NCBI RefSeq assembly: GCF_009914755.1
Contig: NC_060927.1
Reading direction: 5' to 3' (one strand)
Source of the DNA: the human T2T-CHM13v2.0 reference genome, Homo sapiens
Length of the DNA: 64,000 nt
The first letter of the stretch is position 1; each line of letters opens with the position of its first letter. Below are positions 48,131-64,000 of the stretch, one piece after another. The translations under genes were made by a program, and so were the position numbers. The notes under the pieces are model-generated. The model saw only the letters and a program-made list of their open reading frames with translations, did not search any database and was not told the DNA's origin.

Positions 48131-50372
48131 TGTACAGACACAAACAAAATAGGCCCATTAGGTATCCTGGAAGAGCTGTAGTACTTCAAATCCTTCAGTG
48201 GTTAACTGAGATGATGATAGGTTCCATATGCATTTGAGGGAACATAGGTTATCAGAGGGAAATTTGTAAAGAAATCCAACTCTAGCAATGAGAATGTTTC
48301 AGATCTCCATAAAGGCAGGCGACACATCTGCCTTTTTACACTACTTTAACCTTCACACCTTACATGGCACCTGGCATACAGTAAGCACAGAAAATCTTCT
48401 TGAATGAAATCATTTTATGATATTTACTTTAATAATTTTTACTAAACTGATAAGCAAAGGTAAGCAAAAAGGAACACATAAAGAGATATTCCATACATTA
48501 TTAATTTTAAAAAGACCCTAGAACCATAATAAGGAGCACTATAAGACTAATTAGGATGCTTTATTGAATTAAATGCAAAATTGTCTTTGAAACAATTTTC
48601 AAACAATTCCAGAATTTTTTAGATTACTTCGGGAATTAAATAAAAGAATACATGAATCTAATATATAATGATTAGTAATTGAGCTTTATGTAGGATGTGT
48701 GTATATAAATATATATATATACACACAACTAAAAGTGTATATTTATAATATGTATACATATTTTAGATATTGTATGTACATATAAGTATGTCCTCCAAGT
48801 TGTACCTTTAAAATTAGTACAATCAGATTTTGCTTTCCTCAGTTTTCTTTCCTTCTATATCAACTGTGAATAAATGATTTTCTAACTGGTGTAGGGTTTC
48901 TGATGATTCATATGGTTTAAATAATTTATGTTTTAATTTCATCAAATATTTGTGCCCATATTTTTGTGATTTTTATATTCATATTTAAAAATATAAACAA
49001 AGTCTCCTCTATACTGCATGTCTTCCACCTATATTTGGATTAAAATGTGTTGATAAGATTTCAAAGACTAAAGAAAGGTTGATACTAAGCCTTGAGATGC
49101 CAGTTTTCACAGCAGCCACTCTTGGGATAGTTTGTCATCAGCGTTATTTGCCATTTCCTTAAATGAACATTGGTAGTTAGCAATTTGTAGTTCATAAGGG
49201 CCTTTTAATTTGTCTTCGAAAAGTGGCTTTGAACATATGTTATTTTGTTAAATTATAGATGTTAACTGAATAAATTCTTTGGTTGCATGTTTTCTTTCTA
49301 CAATCACTTGATTGTTTCCTATAAAACCCTGCTGACTTTTTAAGGAACGTGTTGGAAAATTTTTCTCACAACTTTCCTTCTGTGCCTGTAGTTTTTGGAG
49401 TTGCTTCCCTCATTATAAATGTAATTGCCAGGGGTTTTGTCACAGGAATATGATCTTTTTTAGTTCAAAACTTTCATTCTGCTTATGTAGATTGTTTTTT
49501 CTTATCTGATTTCATGTCCCATTGTGTTACTAAAATCTAGTGGTGAATTACCTAAAGCACTTCCCAACCTGTCTCTATACATTCTTTTAGTGAATGAAGA
49601 GAATACGAACATTATATTATGTGTAATTGCCTGTGCATCAGATGCTTTATATTGAACACAAATGTTATGGAAGATTCATTTCATATGTACCCATTTGCAA
49701 ACTTTACATATTGTTTAGAACCAACATCTGGTCTTACTGAACTCTTATTTCAGGATCTCCTTTTAGAGATTAAACCAACCCATTAAAGCCAAAAATCCAT
49801 TTAAAAGTTATTCCTAAGGTTAACAAAGAGTAAAAATACCACACTTTAGCCATCCAGGAAGGTAAGGTATAACATAGATTCATAGATGCATGTATGAAAA
49901 CCAACTGTGAACCACTCTAGAATGTAAAGGGTAACGAAACCCACTCGTATTTGGAAAATAGACTACCAGACTTTGTAAACTTCAAGTTTGCTTTGCCTCT
50001 AGCATTTTTCCCTCATTTTTTTTCCTAGCTAGGTGCATTTTGAAGGAAATTTAACTTGAAAAGCATGTTTCTAAAGCTAAACCACAGACTGTGCGATGTG
50101 AATAATAATGATTCTTGGCTTATTGTTTTTCAATTCCAGAAGAAATCTGACAGACCAGGCCAGCAACACTTTATAATGCTTATATAATAGTTTCATACAG
50201 ATCTTTTTTTCAACAAATGGCTCTGAAAATTAGAAAAAAAATATGGAACACATAGAAAAATGTTCAAAATCATTCAAAGACATGTAATTAGTTTAACTAC
50301 CCCTTAATTCTGGTAAACCACATGTACTACTTTTTACTCCAGGTTATTCTTTTTTAAAACTAAGTGTATTGG

Positions 50373-50638
50373 CAAGAACAGAAAACCAAACACCGCATGG
50401 TCTCACTCATAAGTGAGAGCTGAACAATGAGAACACTTGGACACAGGGAGAGGAACATCACACACTGGGGCCTGTCACAGGGTGGGGGACTAGGGGAGGG
50501 ATAGTATTAGGAGAAATACCTAATATAGATGATGGGTTGATGGGTTCAGCAAACCACCATAGCACGTGTATACCTATGCAACAAAGGGGGACGTTCTACA
50601 CATGTATCCTAGAACTTAAAGTATAATAAAAAATTTTT
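50373..50638 (+). mobile_element. Short L1PA7/8-like 3' end inserted into an older antisense L1M remnant (about 50345-50765)
   Basis: L1 3'UTR with gcaaaccaccat diagnostic. 12-bp TSD taagtgtattgg at 50361-50372 and 50639-50650. Confidence 0.9.
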
Positions 50639-53136
50639 TAAGTGTATTGGGATATATTCACATCTCATGAAATCCATTCATTTCAAGTGGACAATTCAAT
50701 AATTTTTAGTTACTTTATTGACTCATGCCGGCATCCCCAGAAATCAGTTTTACAATGATTTTACAACTAACTAATAATGATGATAAACTCATCATTGCAT
50801 TTTTAACTATTTTTCGTGTCAATTCTAACTTAAGAATCATTACATGTAATTTAGTTTTTTACAAAAAATCTCATCATGAAAAGGCTTAAGTTTACTTCAC
50901 AAGCTTGGAAATAATGTTTAGAATCTTTCCACACATTAGGTAAAATGTAGTATCTCCCTGTAAAACTGAAGTCTTCACACCTGTGTTTGAGAACACTTGC
51001 TCTATATAGGCTAATGACAATTTTCTGTAAACTACTGAGGTTAACAATTAGAAGTGCAGGAACCTAAATACATACATTGGATTGAAAGCCAAATCCTTGA
51101 AAGAAACAAGTATTGCTGTATTTGTATCTGCATGATTTCCTTTTTAGCTTTACTTATGAAATCCAAAAATTGAGCAGCTTAAGGCTATTTTTTCTAATGT
51201 GTTGAAATTGTAAAGGCGTGTATAAACATCAATCAGTTAATCAGTTCTCAAAATTCTGAGATCAATTATGTGAAATATTCATAATGGCAAAAATAAGTAT
51301 TGATGCAATTTACTTATTTGGATGGACTTAAGAAATAGAATCGCTCCAAAATTTATGGCTAGCTGAAAAGTTACTTGACAAAAATTCTTCAGATAAATTA
51401 ATCCTGTGTGCTGGAACTAAACAGGTCAGGCCACAAGCATCATGGAAATTAAGCAGCAGGTAATCTGTCTCTGCAATTTCCCCTTTGCTTTCTGCTCAGA
51501 TTTTTAAAAATTTCTGTTTGTGAGGTATAAAGTTATTTATTGCCACTCAATGTTTGCATTTCTTAATCAAGTAATATGGGGCAGAGAAAGAGTAAATTTG
51601 TTTGGGATAAAAAGAGACTGAGAAGTATTAGTAAACCCAAGCATAGACAATGCAAATTTTACAGCCAAAATAGAAATTCTGCAGGCATGATTGCTTTTGG
51701 AAACTGTAAGTCTCTGCTGGTGTTCACTTTGTTTGTATAAATATGCAAACAGACCCAAATTAGCATATTCCCCACCTGCACCCTTCAGAAAGCTAAACTA
51801 GAAACTATTAATACACACAATCTCTTTTTGTAGTACTTAATTTGTTAACATTTTAATTGAAATTTGATAATGGGTTTAGGATATATACTTGGAGGAGAAG
51901 TAGAGTAGATATTAGGATTCCAGTTATAATTGTCAAGTGCATTTCACTTTTTCGTATTATATTTTTAGGTGATTGCTTCTAAGTTAGAAAATAAAGACTG
52001 TGCTCTTTAAGAGTACGCCTATGTTACAAATAAGTTTCTGGTATCGTGGTAACATGGAACTAGGGCTTCTCAGAAAGATTTCATGGTAATCAAAATGTTT
52101 TACATTGTATACAATGACCAACCAAAATTATTCTTATTTTCTGAAATACTATATTGTCCCATTTTTTCAAGCCAAATGAGTATTTTTATGTGTGAGTAAA
52201 TTGGATAGCTCTGAGCTAATTTCCAAAATCTGATTTCCAAATGTTTGAATTGACTTCATAAGTTTTCTGTTATGGGAGGTCTGGGATTTTGCCCCCTTAA
52301 AGGAAGGGATCAACCTACACAACTTTCAATAGGACCTCTCTTTCTGCTTCAATTAGTCTCTATTGCACTTTGGGTGGGGTTGTCAGGCATATACAAGCCA
52401 TATGGGCCAGGCATATATAGGCCATATGTTAAGCAATATTTTTTTTCTGTTTCCACGCACATGGTGAATAATATTTTGATGCAATGCATACGTCTATGTT
52501 GTCCACCATATTAAAAAAATTTTGAAGAGAGATAATTCCTTTTGAAAACTCATGAGTCATATAACAATGTAGAGTTAAGCAATGGTGACTCACTCAGGCA
52601 TGTGATATGTATAAGGACAGTTGTCATTTCTGTAGGAGTAAATCAATTTCTTTCTCACTCGCCTCAGAAGGTATTTATGTGAGAATGAAGTTATAATGGA
52701 GCCACAGTTGAATCCATACACATATATATATGCATGCGTCTGTGTGTTTTTGTGTATGTTTCAAATTTGGCTCCTCAATTAAAGTTAGCAGTTTATTATT
52801 TGTCACACAGACCCCAAAAACAACAGGGTTTGTGTATGACGCCTTTGATAACTCTGGTCTGGTGTAACAATGCCCTCATTTTCTTTTCTTACTTATACGA
52901 ATGAAAGGAGCCAGCCAAGACTAAACAACATTGTTTATTTTGGGCCTCAACAGTACCAACCAAGAGGAGGTAGTGCTAGAAAAGGGGTTTAGCTTATAAT
53001 TTAGTATAACCATCTAATTAATAATGTAAGCTGACTAAAATCAGAGGCGCTAATCAGCAGAGACACAAAGCAACATATAGTAAACTTGTAAGTGTACTAT
53101 AAACTGTGACTCTTTAAACAGCATAATAGGTAGTAG

Positions 53137-53636
<500 letters not shown>

Positions 53637-53699
53637 TATAGGCTGGTTTTAAACCTGTGTATAAGTTAAACATCAAAGAGTGCATCATAGACGTCTTTC

Positions 53700-54347
<648 letters not shown>

Positions 54348-54524
54348 AGAACTCTGGGTTTAAAGAGTGAGAAAAAAAATTACAGCAAGATTGTATACAT
54401 GCCAAATAGCCAGCTATTTCTTTAGATAGCTTATTACCTCTCTGTCAAGCAGAGGTCTTTTGCTTGCTTGAAAAAAGTTCTAGATTATATTTCTCTACTG
54501 CAATTGTTTTGAAATGCATGTTTT

Positions 54525-55345
<821 letters not shown>

Positions 55346-55947
55346 TCATATATTGATATACTGATATCTACTAATATAAACCATATGTTTTACTTCTTTT
55401 AATATTGAGTAAAACATACAATGAATTATTCTATTCATAAATTTGAAAGTTAATGGCCTTTCACAAATATATATCCTCCAATCAAGATATAGATTATTTC
55501 TAATTACTGTAGAGTGTTCTCTGCTGTTCACTTCCACTCTATAGTTGTAGTTTGCTAATAAAAGATTAAGACCAGCACATATTTTGTTTAGTGTCTGAAT
55601 ATAACATAACATAATATATAATGGCATTTCGTTTTACTCCTTTCTATCCTATGCTTGGGCACAGCACATGAGCCAAACAACCCAAGAATAGCCTTTCCGA
55701 ATAGTTTTCCTACCATTATCTGTTAGAATGGAGGGTGGGCAAATATCAATCCTTTCTTGAACTAAAGATATATTTAAGTTACATCTCTCAACTTTTGCCT
55801 CTAATTAAAAGTGACCAAAACCTTTTTTGAGAAGCTCCACAGAGAATCCTGCAAGCATCCACCTGCCCTGTGCTGGAACTGCCCTGGCTGTTCTAGCGCT
55901 GAATGACCCTCACTCAGAACAGATTTATGACCTCAGCAGTGCTTTAA

Positions 55948-56313
<366 letters not shown>

Positions 56314-57640
56314 GTCAGCCAATTTCTAATCTGAAATTTGTTCTGCATTGATTTCAGCTTGATTTTATAGAATCATTCAAAACCACATGTTCATCAGCCA
56401 TATACTTTCAATAGTTGTCCCTCCTCGATCTTTGGAGCCATCTATACTGAGATAAATGTGATTTATTGTTCAGACTAAAAAGTTGTATAAGATACTATCT
56501 AATTTTTTTCTAAGGTTTCATATTTAGTCCTTCCAATTTTGATTATCAACTGTAGTTTTAAAGTTTCTACTTTGTCGTCTTAATTTTGTGGAAACCAGTG
56601 AATTAAGACAACAAGCAGAAGATATTGCCTAAAGCAATCCTGCATTGGTTGGGGACTCGGGCTATTAAAATTCCATCAAAGTTAATGTTCTTACCCAAGA
56701 TTAACAAAGCCAGTAGATAGACATATTTTTCACTTGCAAATCTAAGCTATATTTTCTGGAAAGTGAAAGACAGAAACTTAACTGAATTTAGGAATTTTGC
56801 AAAATTGTTTTTCGCTCTCTGGGAATAAAGATTTGATCTTCTCCTTGTGGATTGTTTACATTGTCTCTGAAATGTATTTTTCTAAAACGTTTAGGCTCTA
56901 ACAAACAGAAGTGTGAAGCATGTATTTTTCATACATAAAATTAAGAATATTGCCTTTTAAAAATTCACACAATTAAATGCATATCTGTCTAAGCATTTTG
57001 AGGGTATCTTATGTTTCAGGTACAATTGATGAAAAAAAGAAAGAATGTCATAGATGCGGTTGAATTTCAGTTGTCTCATGTTAAAAGACCACCAGATCCG
57101 TTAGCAGCTTCATATGATATATGTAAAGAATAAGCACTAGGCTGAAAGATGCACATAAATACACACATACACAAATATTTAGATGAATAACCATCATTCT
57201 CATCACCTTGTATAACAATGTATGGATGTCCCAGGATAGGGATCACTAGATGCTTAAACTGCAGATGTATTATATGTACTCACAGCCCTCTAAAGGACCT
57301 AAAGAGATAAAAATATTGTAGAACATCCCAGAAAAGAGATAAGAATATTGTAGAACATCCCAGCAATCCAAGGATCATTTTTCTAAAACATACTGATTTT
57401 ATACACACACATACATAAATACAAATATTATACATACATATCTCCTCTAAGAGTCACAGTATTTTATGATAGGTTTGCTAATATACTGCATTTTCTAAAA
57501 GGATTTCATTATGAAAAAAAATTATTTGCTCTATATGTATTATTTCCTACCAACATAATTTCTTATTTTAGAGATAATCAACTTCAGCTTCAAGTGGACA
57601 ATAAGAGTTTTAAATATAGCTGTTTATCAATATTAACCTC

Positions 57641-59921
57641 TTATATGGTTTGACTCTGTGTCCCACCCAAATCTCAACTGGAATTATAGTTCCCACAATC
57701 CCCACATGTTATGGGACGGACCCAGTGGGAGGTAATTGAATCATGGGGGCTGTTACCCTCATGCTGTTCTCATCATAGTGAGTTCTCGCAAGATCTGATA
57801 GTTTTATAAGGATCTTTTCTCCCTTTTGCTTGGCACTTCTACTTCCTGCTGCCATGTGAAGGACATGTTTGCTTCAACTTCTGCCATGATTGTAAATTTC
57901 CTGAGGCCTCCCTAGTCCTGAAGAACTGTGAGTTGATTAACCCACTTTCCTTTATAAATTACCCAGTGTTGAGTAGTTCTTTATAGCAGTGTGAGAGAAG
58001 ACTAATATAGTAAATTGGTACCACAGAGAGTGGGGTGCTGCTATAAGGATACCCAAAAATGTGGAAGCAACTTAGGAACTGGGAAACAGGCTAAGGTTAG
58101 AACAATTTGGAAAACTCAGAAGAAGACAGGAAAATATGGGATAGTTTAGAATTTCCAAGAGACTTGGGAGGCTTAGAAGACAGAAAGATGTGGGAAAGTG
58201 TGGAACTTCCTAGAGACTTGTTAAATGGCTTTGACCAAAATATTGATAGTGATATAAACAATGATGACCAGGCTGAGGTGGTCTCAGATGGAGATGAGGA
58301 ACTTGTTGGCAGCCGGAATAAAGTGCTTCTTTTAATAGCTTGGCAAAGAGACTGGTGGCATTTTGCCCCTGCCCTCGAGATCAGCAGAACTCTAAACTTG
58401 TGAGAGATAATTTAAGGTATCTGGTGGAACAATTTTTTTAGTAGCACAACATTCAAGAGGAAGCAGAGCATTAAAGTTAGGAAAATTTGCAGCCTGATAA
58501 TGGAGTAGAAAAGAAAAACTCATTTTGGTGGGGGAGAAATTCAAGCTGGCTGCATAAATTTGCATAAGTAATAAGGAGCCAAATATTAATTGCCAAGACA
58601 ATCGGGAAAACATCTCCAGGGCATGTCAGATATCTTTTTGACAGGCCAGGAGGTCAAGGAGGGAAAAATGGTTTTGAGGGCCAGTCCAAGGACCCCCTGC
58701 TGTGTGCAGCATTGAGACTTGTTGTCCTGTGTCCCAGCTGCTCCAGCTGTGGCTAAAAGAGGCCAAGGTATAGCTTGGGCCATGGCTTAAGATGGTGCAA
58801 GACCCAAGCCTTGGCAGCTTCTTCCTAGTGTTGAGCCTGCAGGTGCACTGAGGTTTGGGAACCTCCACCTATATTTCAGAGGATATTTGGAAATGCCTGG
58901 ATGTCCAGTCAGAAGTTTGCTGCAGGGGCAGAGCCCTCATAGAGACCTCTGCAAGGGCAGTGCAGTAGGGAAATGTGGGGTCCCCAGTGGGGCACTGCCT
59001 AGTGAAGCTGTGAGAAGAAGGCCATTATCCTCTAGACCCCAGAATGGTGGATCCACTGACAGCTTGCGTTGGATGCACCTGGAAAAGCCACAAACACTCA
59101 ACACCAGCCCATGAAAGTAAATGGGAGGAGTGCTGTACCCTGGAAAACCCAAGGCTGTGGGAGCCCATCTCTTGCATCAGCATGACTTGGATATGAGACA
59201 TGGAGTCAAAAGAGATTATTTCAGAGCTTTAAGATTTAATTATTGCCTTGTTTGATTTTGGACTTGCATGGGCCTGGAGTCCCTTTGTTTTGGCCAACTT
59301 ATTTCATTTGGAATAGGTGTATTTAGCCAATGGCCGTACCCTCATCGTATCTGGGAAGTAAGTGACTTGCTTTTGATTTTACAGGCTCATAGGCAGAAAG
59401 GACTTGACTTGTCTCAGATGAGACTTTGGATTTGAATTTTTGGGTTAATGCTGGAATGAGTTAAGACTTTGGGGACCATTGGAAGGGCATGATTATGTTT
59501 TAAAATGTGAAGACATGAGATTTGGGAGGTGTCAGGGGTGGAATGACATGGTTTGGCTCTGTGTCCCCACCCAAATCTCATCTTGTATTATAATTCCCAT
59601 AATCCCCATGTGTCCTAGGAGGGAACCATGGGTGGGAGGTAATTAAATCATGGGGACAGTTACACTCATGCCATTCTCATGATAGTGAGTGAGTTCTCAT
59701 GCTATCTGATAGTTTTGTAAGGGCTTCCCTGCCACTTCACTCTGCACTTCTCCTTGCTGCAGCCATGTGAAGAAGGAAGTGTTTGCTTCCCCTTCTATCA
59801 TGATTGTAAGTTTCTTGAGGCCTCCTCACCCCTGAGTAACTATGTCAATTAAGCCTCTTTCATTTATAAATTACCCAGTCTTGGGCAGTGCTTTATAGCA
59901 GCGTGAGAATGAACTGATATA
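57641..59921 (+). mobile_element. Complete THE1 (THE1C/D-like) MaLR provirus: 5'LTR 57641-58009, internal 58010-59543, 3'LTR 59544-59921
   Basis: Two ~370-bp LTRs (..atggtttg.ctctgtgtccc.acccaaatctca ... ct.atata). Internal region starts gtaaattggtacc; polypurine tract before the 3'LTR. 5-bp TSD acctc at 57636-57640 and 59922-59926. Confidence 0.95.
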
Positions 59922-60599
59922 ACCTCTTTCACACTGAAGCATTATATTTAGAAATCTATGATTATCCCCTAGATTTTCAGAACCATATCACATATATCAT
60001 ATGTATGAAGATTGCTCTAATTCTGTGAGGATACTGGGAGATATTAAAAAGAAGAAGACTTTTATATTTTTATAACAAGGAATATGTTGATTAATTGTTA
60101 AAATGAAATATAAGATTTCATTTTGGTGAATTTATGCAATAAATGACTATGAAATGCATACTTCATTTGTCATTACTTTTTTAAAATTTTTTATTTCTCC
60201 ACGCTGAGAAAAGGATAAGATTATAAATTATAACAAAATTCTCCAGTCTTTAAAACTACTTTAGATCTTTAAAATTCAATGATTAAAATTTTGGAGTTTT
60301 AGTCTTTAGAAAAGACTAAATCTTGTGTATACTGTTATCAAAAAATCGGGGGAGGAAATTCTGGTCAAAATTTATTTTCAGTGTATTATGTCTTAGAATA
60401 TTTTTCTCCCAGCACAATTAATTCTATTGAGAAAATTACTTTTCTTTTTACTATAGAAATTGAATAACATAAGTTTATAGAGAGTAGTCTCTCTTCTAAG
60501 CACATTTTCATTGCCATTTTGATTTTAATTTTTTTATTTTAATATCACGGGCTAAATAGAACTTATTTTTCAGAGGAACCAGCCAGAAAATATGCTGTA

Positions 60600-61500
60600 T
60601 ACTTTATTCCAAGGCTAACCAAATTCCATGGTAGATTTATGCAAAGCCGGCACTATGCTAGGCACCTAAGATTCTGAGGGACATACAGTCTAGTGGGAAG
60701 ACATACTGTAAGCAAATGATGTAATTACAACACAATGCAGTCAGATAAATAATGGGAGAAGGAGCAACTATACTGTAAGAGGGCAGAGGAAGGACCTGAT
60801 CAACTATTGCCTAAGGGACTCAGGAGAAACTTTATGAGGGAATTATATTAGCAAAGGATTTTGGAGACTAATGAGTAGTAGAAGCAGTTTTCCAGGTGGA
60901 AAAGAGAGAGATCTAGTGTTGCAGACAGGGAGTACAGCATACACAAACAACTGAAAAAAAGAATTGTCTTTAGAATTTTAGCTTTGTATGGAGAGCAATA
61001 AATGACAAAGCTGGTATGTATGTTGCAGTCTTGTGAGGAGCACTAAATAATAATGAAATGAATTTCAAATTTTGTATCCTACTGTAGTCCAAAGTTTCCC
61101 AACTCTTTGTGATCCTAAGAGTTATCTGCTATCATCTTCTTAAAAATACAGATCTCCAGACCGTTCTGTTGGAGCTTATTATTTGCTTAACATTTTAGAA
61201 AACCTAGATTTGAAATTATGTGATTTTGAAAGAGAGGGGAATCAATGTTTCATTTGCTTTATAAAATACTAAATCATCAAAATGTATAGAAAGTTGAAAT
61301 TCTGAAAATATTAAGCTGAAAGTCATAGAATCCAATGCAGTTGGTAAATGGCAAGGGTTTGAACTAATCCACGGCTGGAAAAGTAGAAAAGTGATCAGTT
61401 TTCAGAAAGTTGAGCTGATTGGCAAGCTGAATTATTGGTGAGAAAAAATATAAACTATAACTCTGAGATTTTGAACTGGATACACTGCAAATTGATAAGG
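60600..61500. mobile_element. L2 fragments with a nested MER5-like piece (about 61088-61190)
   Basis: gccggcactatgctaggcac, cagtctagtgggaagaca, gcagacagggagtacagcat; aaaaatacagatctccag. Confidence 0.5.
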
Positions 61501-62358
61501 TTTTGTAGCTAAAATAGAAAATCAGAACACCAGGTTTGGGGAAATCAGTGTAGGAATGGTGAGTTGAAGAACATTAAGCAATGAATGATTATGCTAAATC
61601 AAACCCAAGAGAGTTTCTAGATTTAACAGAAGTGTTCACTTCTGAAAAAACTGAGAAGGAAATGTTCCTCAGTAGGCATTGTAATGAATGGTAAAGAAAA
61701 ATAAGAGACTAATGCTTTTAAAGTCATGTCTGATTCAAAAGAAAAATCTTTCAACCATTCACTGCATATATTTTCCCATGGAGACAATTTTTAAAAGCTT
61801 TGGCTCACTTAGAAAAGAAATCCTGAGCCCTTTTTGTTATTACTTTAACTTGTCCAATCTCTAAATCACAGAGATACCTCAGAGGTTCATTAGAAATTCC
61901 CAAATCTAGAAAGAGGAAGGTCCCAATAAAAACAAATAAACCAAACCAGATCCTTTATGGGTTGAATTTTGAAGTTTTCACTTCCTGATTTTAAGGAAGG
62001 GTCATATTTTAGAGGCAGAATAATGGCAAATATAGATTTTAAAACACCATAGTTAAAACAAAGAATCCCTTCCATGTCTGTCACCAGATCTGGCAGACAC
62101 ATGTATCAAGTGTAATTCTAACACAAATTGTGAATGACGCAAGTCTCATCCCTAACCAGATCCCTTCACAAGGAGACACTTTCTAGCCAACATTTTTGCT
62201 TTACCATTGTAATTTGTTTTTCTATTATTTTATTGAGTGTAGTCAATGACTCAGGTTACAATGTGCAAAAATCTTCCTTCTGTACTTCAAATAGATGAAG
62301 AAACAATCTTTTAGAAAAAGTTCTTCTCTACTTCTCGGCTGAGGTTCAATTATTAACT

Positions 62359-62653
<295 letters not shown>

Positions 62654-62681
62654 AATTATTAACTGTTAAGAGTGGTACTTT

Positions 62682-63021
<340 letters not shown>

Positions 63022-63149
63022 TCATTGCATGTTGCTGATTCAAGAGGCTGTCATTGCAGTGGCCTGGACTTAGGGAAGAAAACACTGTGAGCAAGTCAAC
63101 CCTTGGTTTCCAGAAAGTTATGTCTTCTTGGAAGAGAAATTGAAAAGCA

Positions 63150-63456
<307 letters not shown>

Positions 63457-63749
63457 TGAAAAGCACTTTTATATCAGCTTTTATAAAACACATATTACTA
63501 GATATATAGGGTGAAAATATCTGTCTAGTCCTATGTCATGATCGAAGAAACATTTGAAAGAAGAATAGATTGAAAGCATCATGCAATTCCACTGACACAC
63601 AGTTAAGAGTTTCTTTAGTACTGGCGGTGTTTGGAAGTTTTCAGTACCGCTGTGTAAGTCCGGAGAAGCTTCATGGAGAATGGTCAGCTGTGTGATGCAT
63701 AAGCCACCCCTCCCTCTTAGTCTTAACTACTTTTTTCTCCTTTATTTGT

Positions 63750-64000
63750 ATTTTTTTCTTTTCTTTTCTTTTCTTTTCTTTTCTTTTCTTTCTTTTCTTT
63801 TTTTTTTTTTTTTTGAGATGGAGTCTCGCTCTGTCACCCAGGCTGGGTGCAGTGGCGTGATCTCGACTCGATGCAAGCCTGCAAGCTCTGCCTCCCAGGT
63901 TCACGCCATTCTCCTGCCTCAGCCTCCCGAATAGCTGGGACTATAGGTGCCCGCCACCATGCCCAGCTAATTTTTTGTATTTTTTTTTTTAGTAGAGATG
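63750..64000 (-). mobile_element. AluY with (CTTTT)n tail, cut by the window edge
   Basis: gcaagctc, ttcacgccattctcc diagnostics. Confidence 0.88.

Noticed and set aside
52384-52428. 24-bp-period imperfect duplication caggcatata.a.gccatatg
   Set aside because: Short slippage duplication without a full CArG box or other support.
58090-58225. ~53-bp tandem duplication and 98-aa ORF in the THE1 internal region
   Set aside because: Degenerate MaLR internal sequence. The duplication is probably a subfamily feature and the ORF is fragmentary.

Overview
AT-rich primate (most likely human) genomic DNA lying entirely inside the receptor tyrosine kinase gene EPHA3, transcribed on the + strand. It covers the 3' part of intron 3, exon 4 (13255-13410), a 683-nt intron 4, exon 5 (14094-14429) and about 49.5 kb of intron 5; exon 6 is not in the window. 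The rest is intronic sequence full of transposons: one full-length but dead L1PA2/L1PA3-type LINE-1 antisense to the gene, three 5'-truncated L1PA copies, a complete THE1 (MaLR) provirus, several solo LTRs, about 16 Alus, old L1M/L2/MIR/MER5 fragments and microsatellites. The most interesting signal is a possible 'gene-breaking' arrangement in intron 5. The antisense L1 keeps an intact ORF0 whose first splice donor has the same phase (1) as EPHA3 intron 5, which predicts an in-frame ORF0-EPHA3 (FN3-2/TM/kinase) fusion. Upstream, exon 5 reads through to a stop 16 codons into the intron and is followed by poly(A) signals, which predicts a soluble ectodomain. Exons 4+5 (492 nt, phase 1/1) could also form a stop-free circRNA. 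These are sequence-based predictions, not demonstrated transcripts. Exon numbering and repeat subfamily names come from recalled consensus sequences, not a database search.
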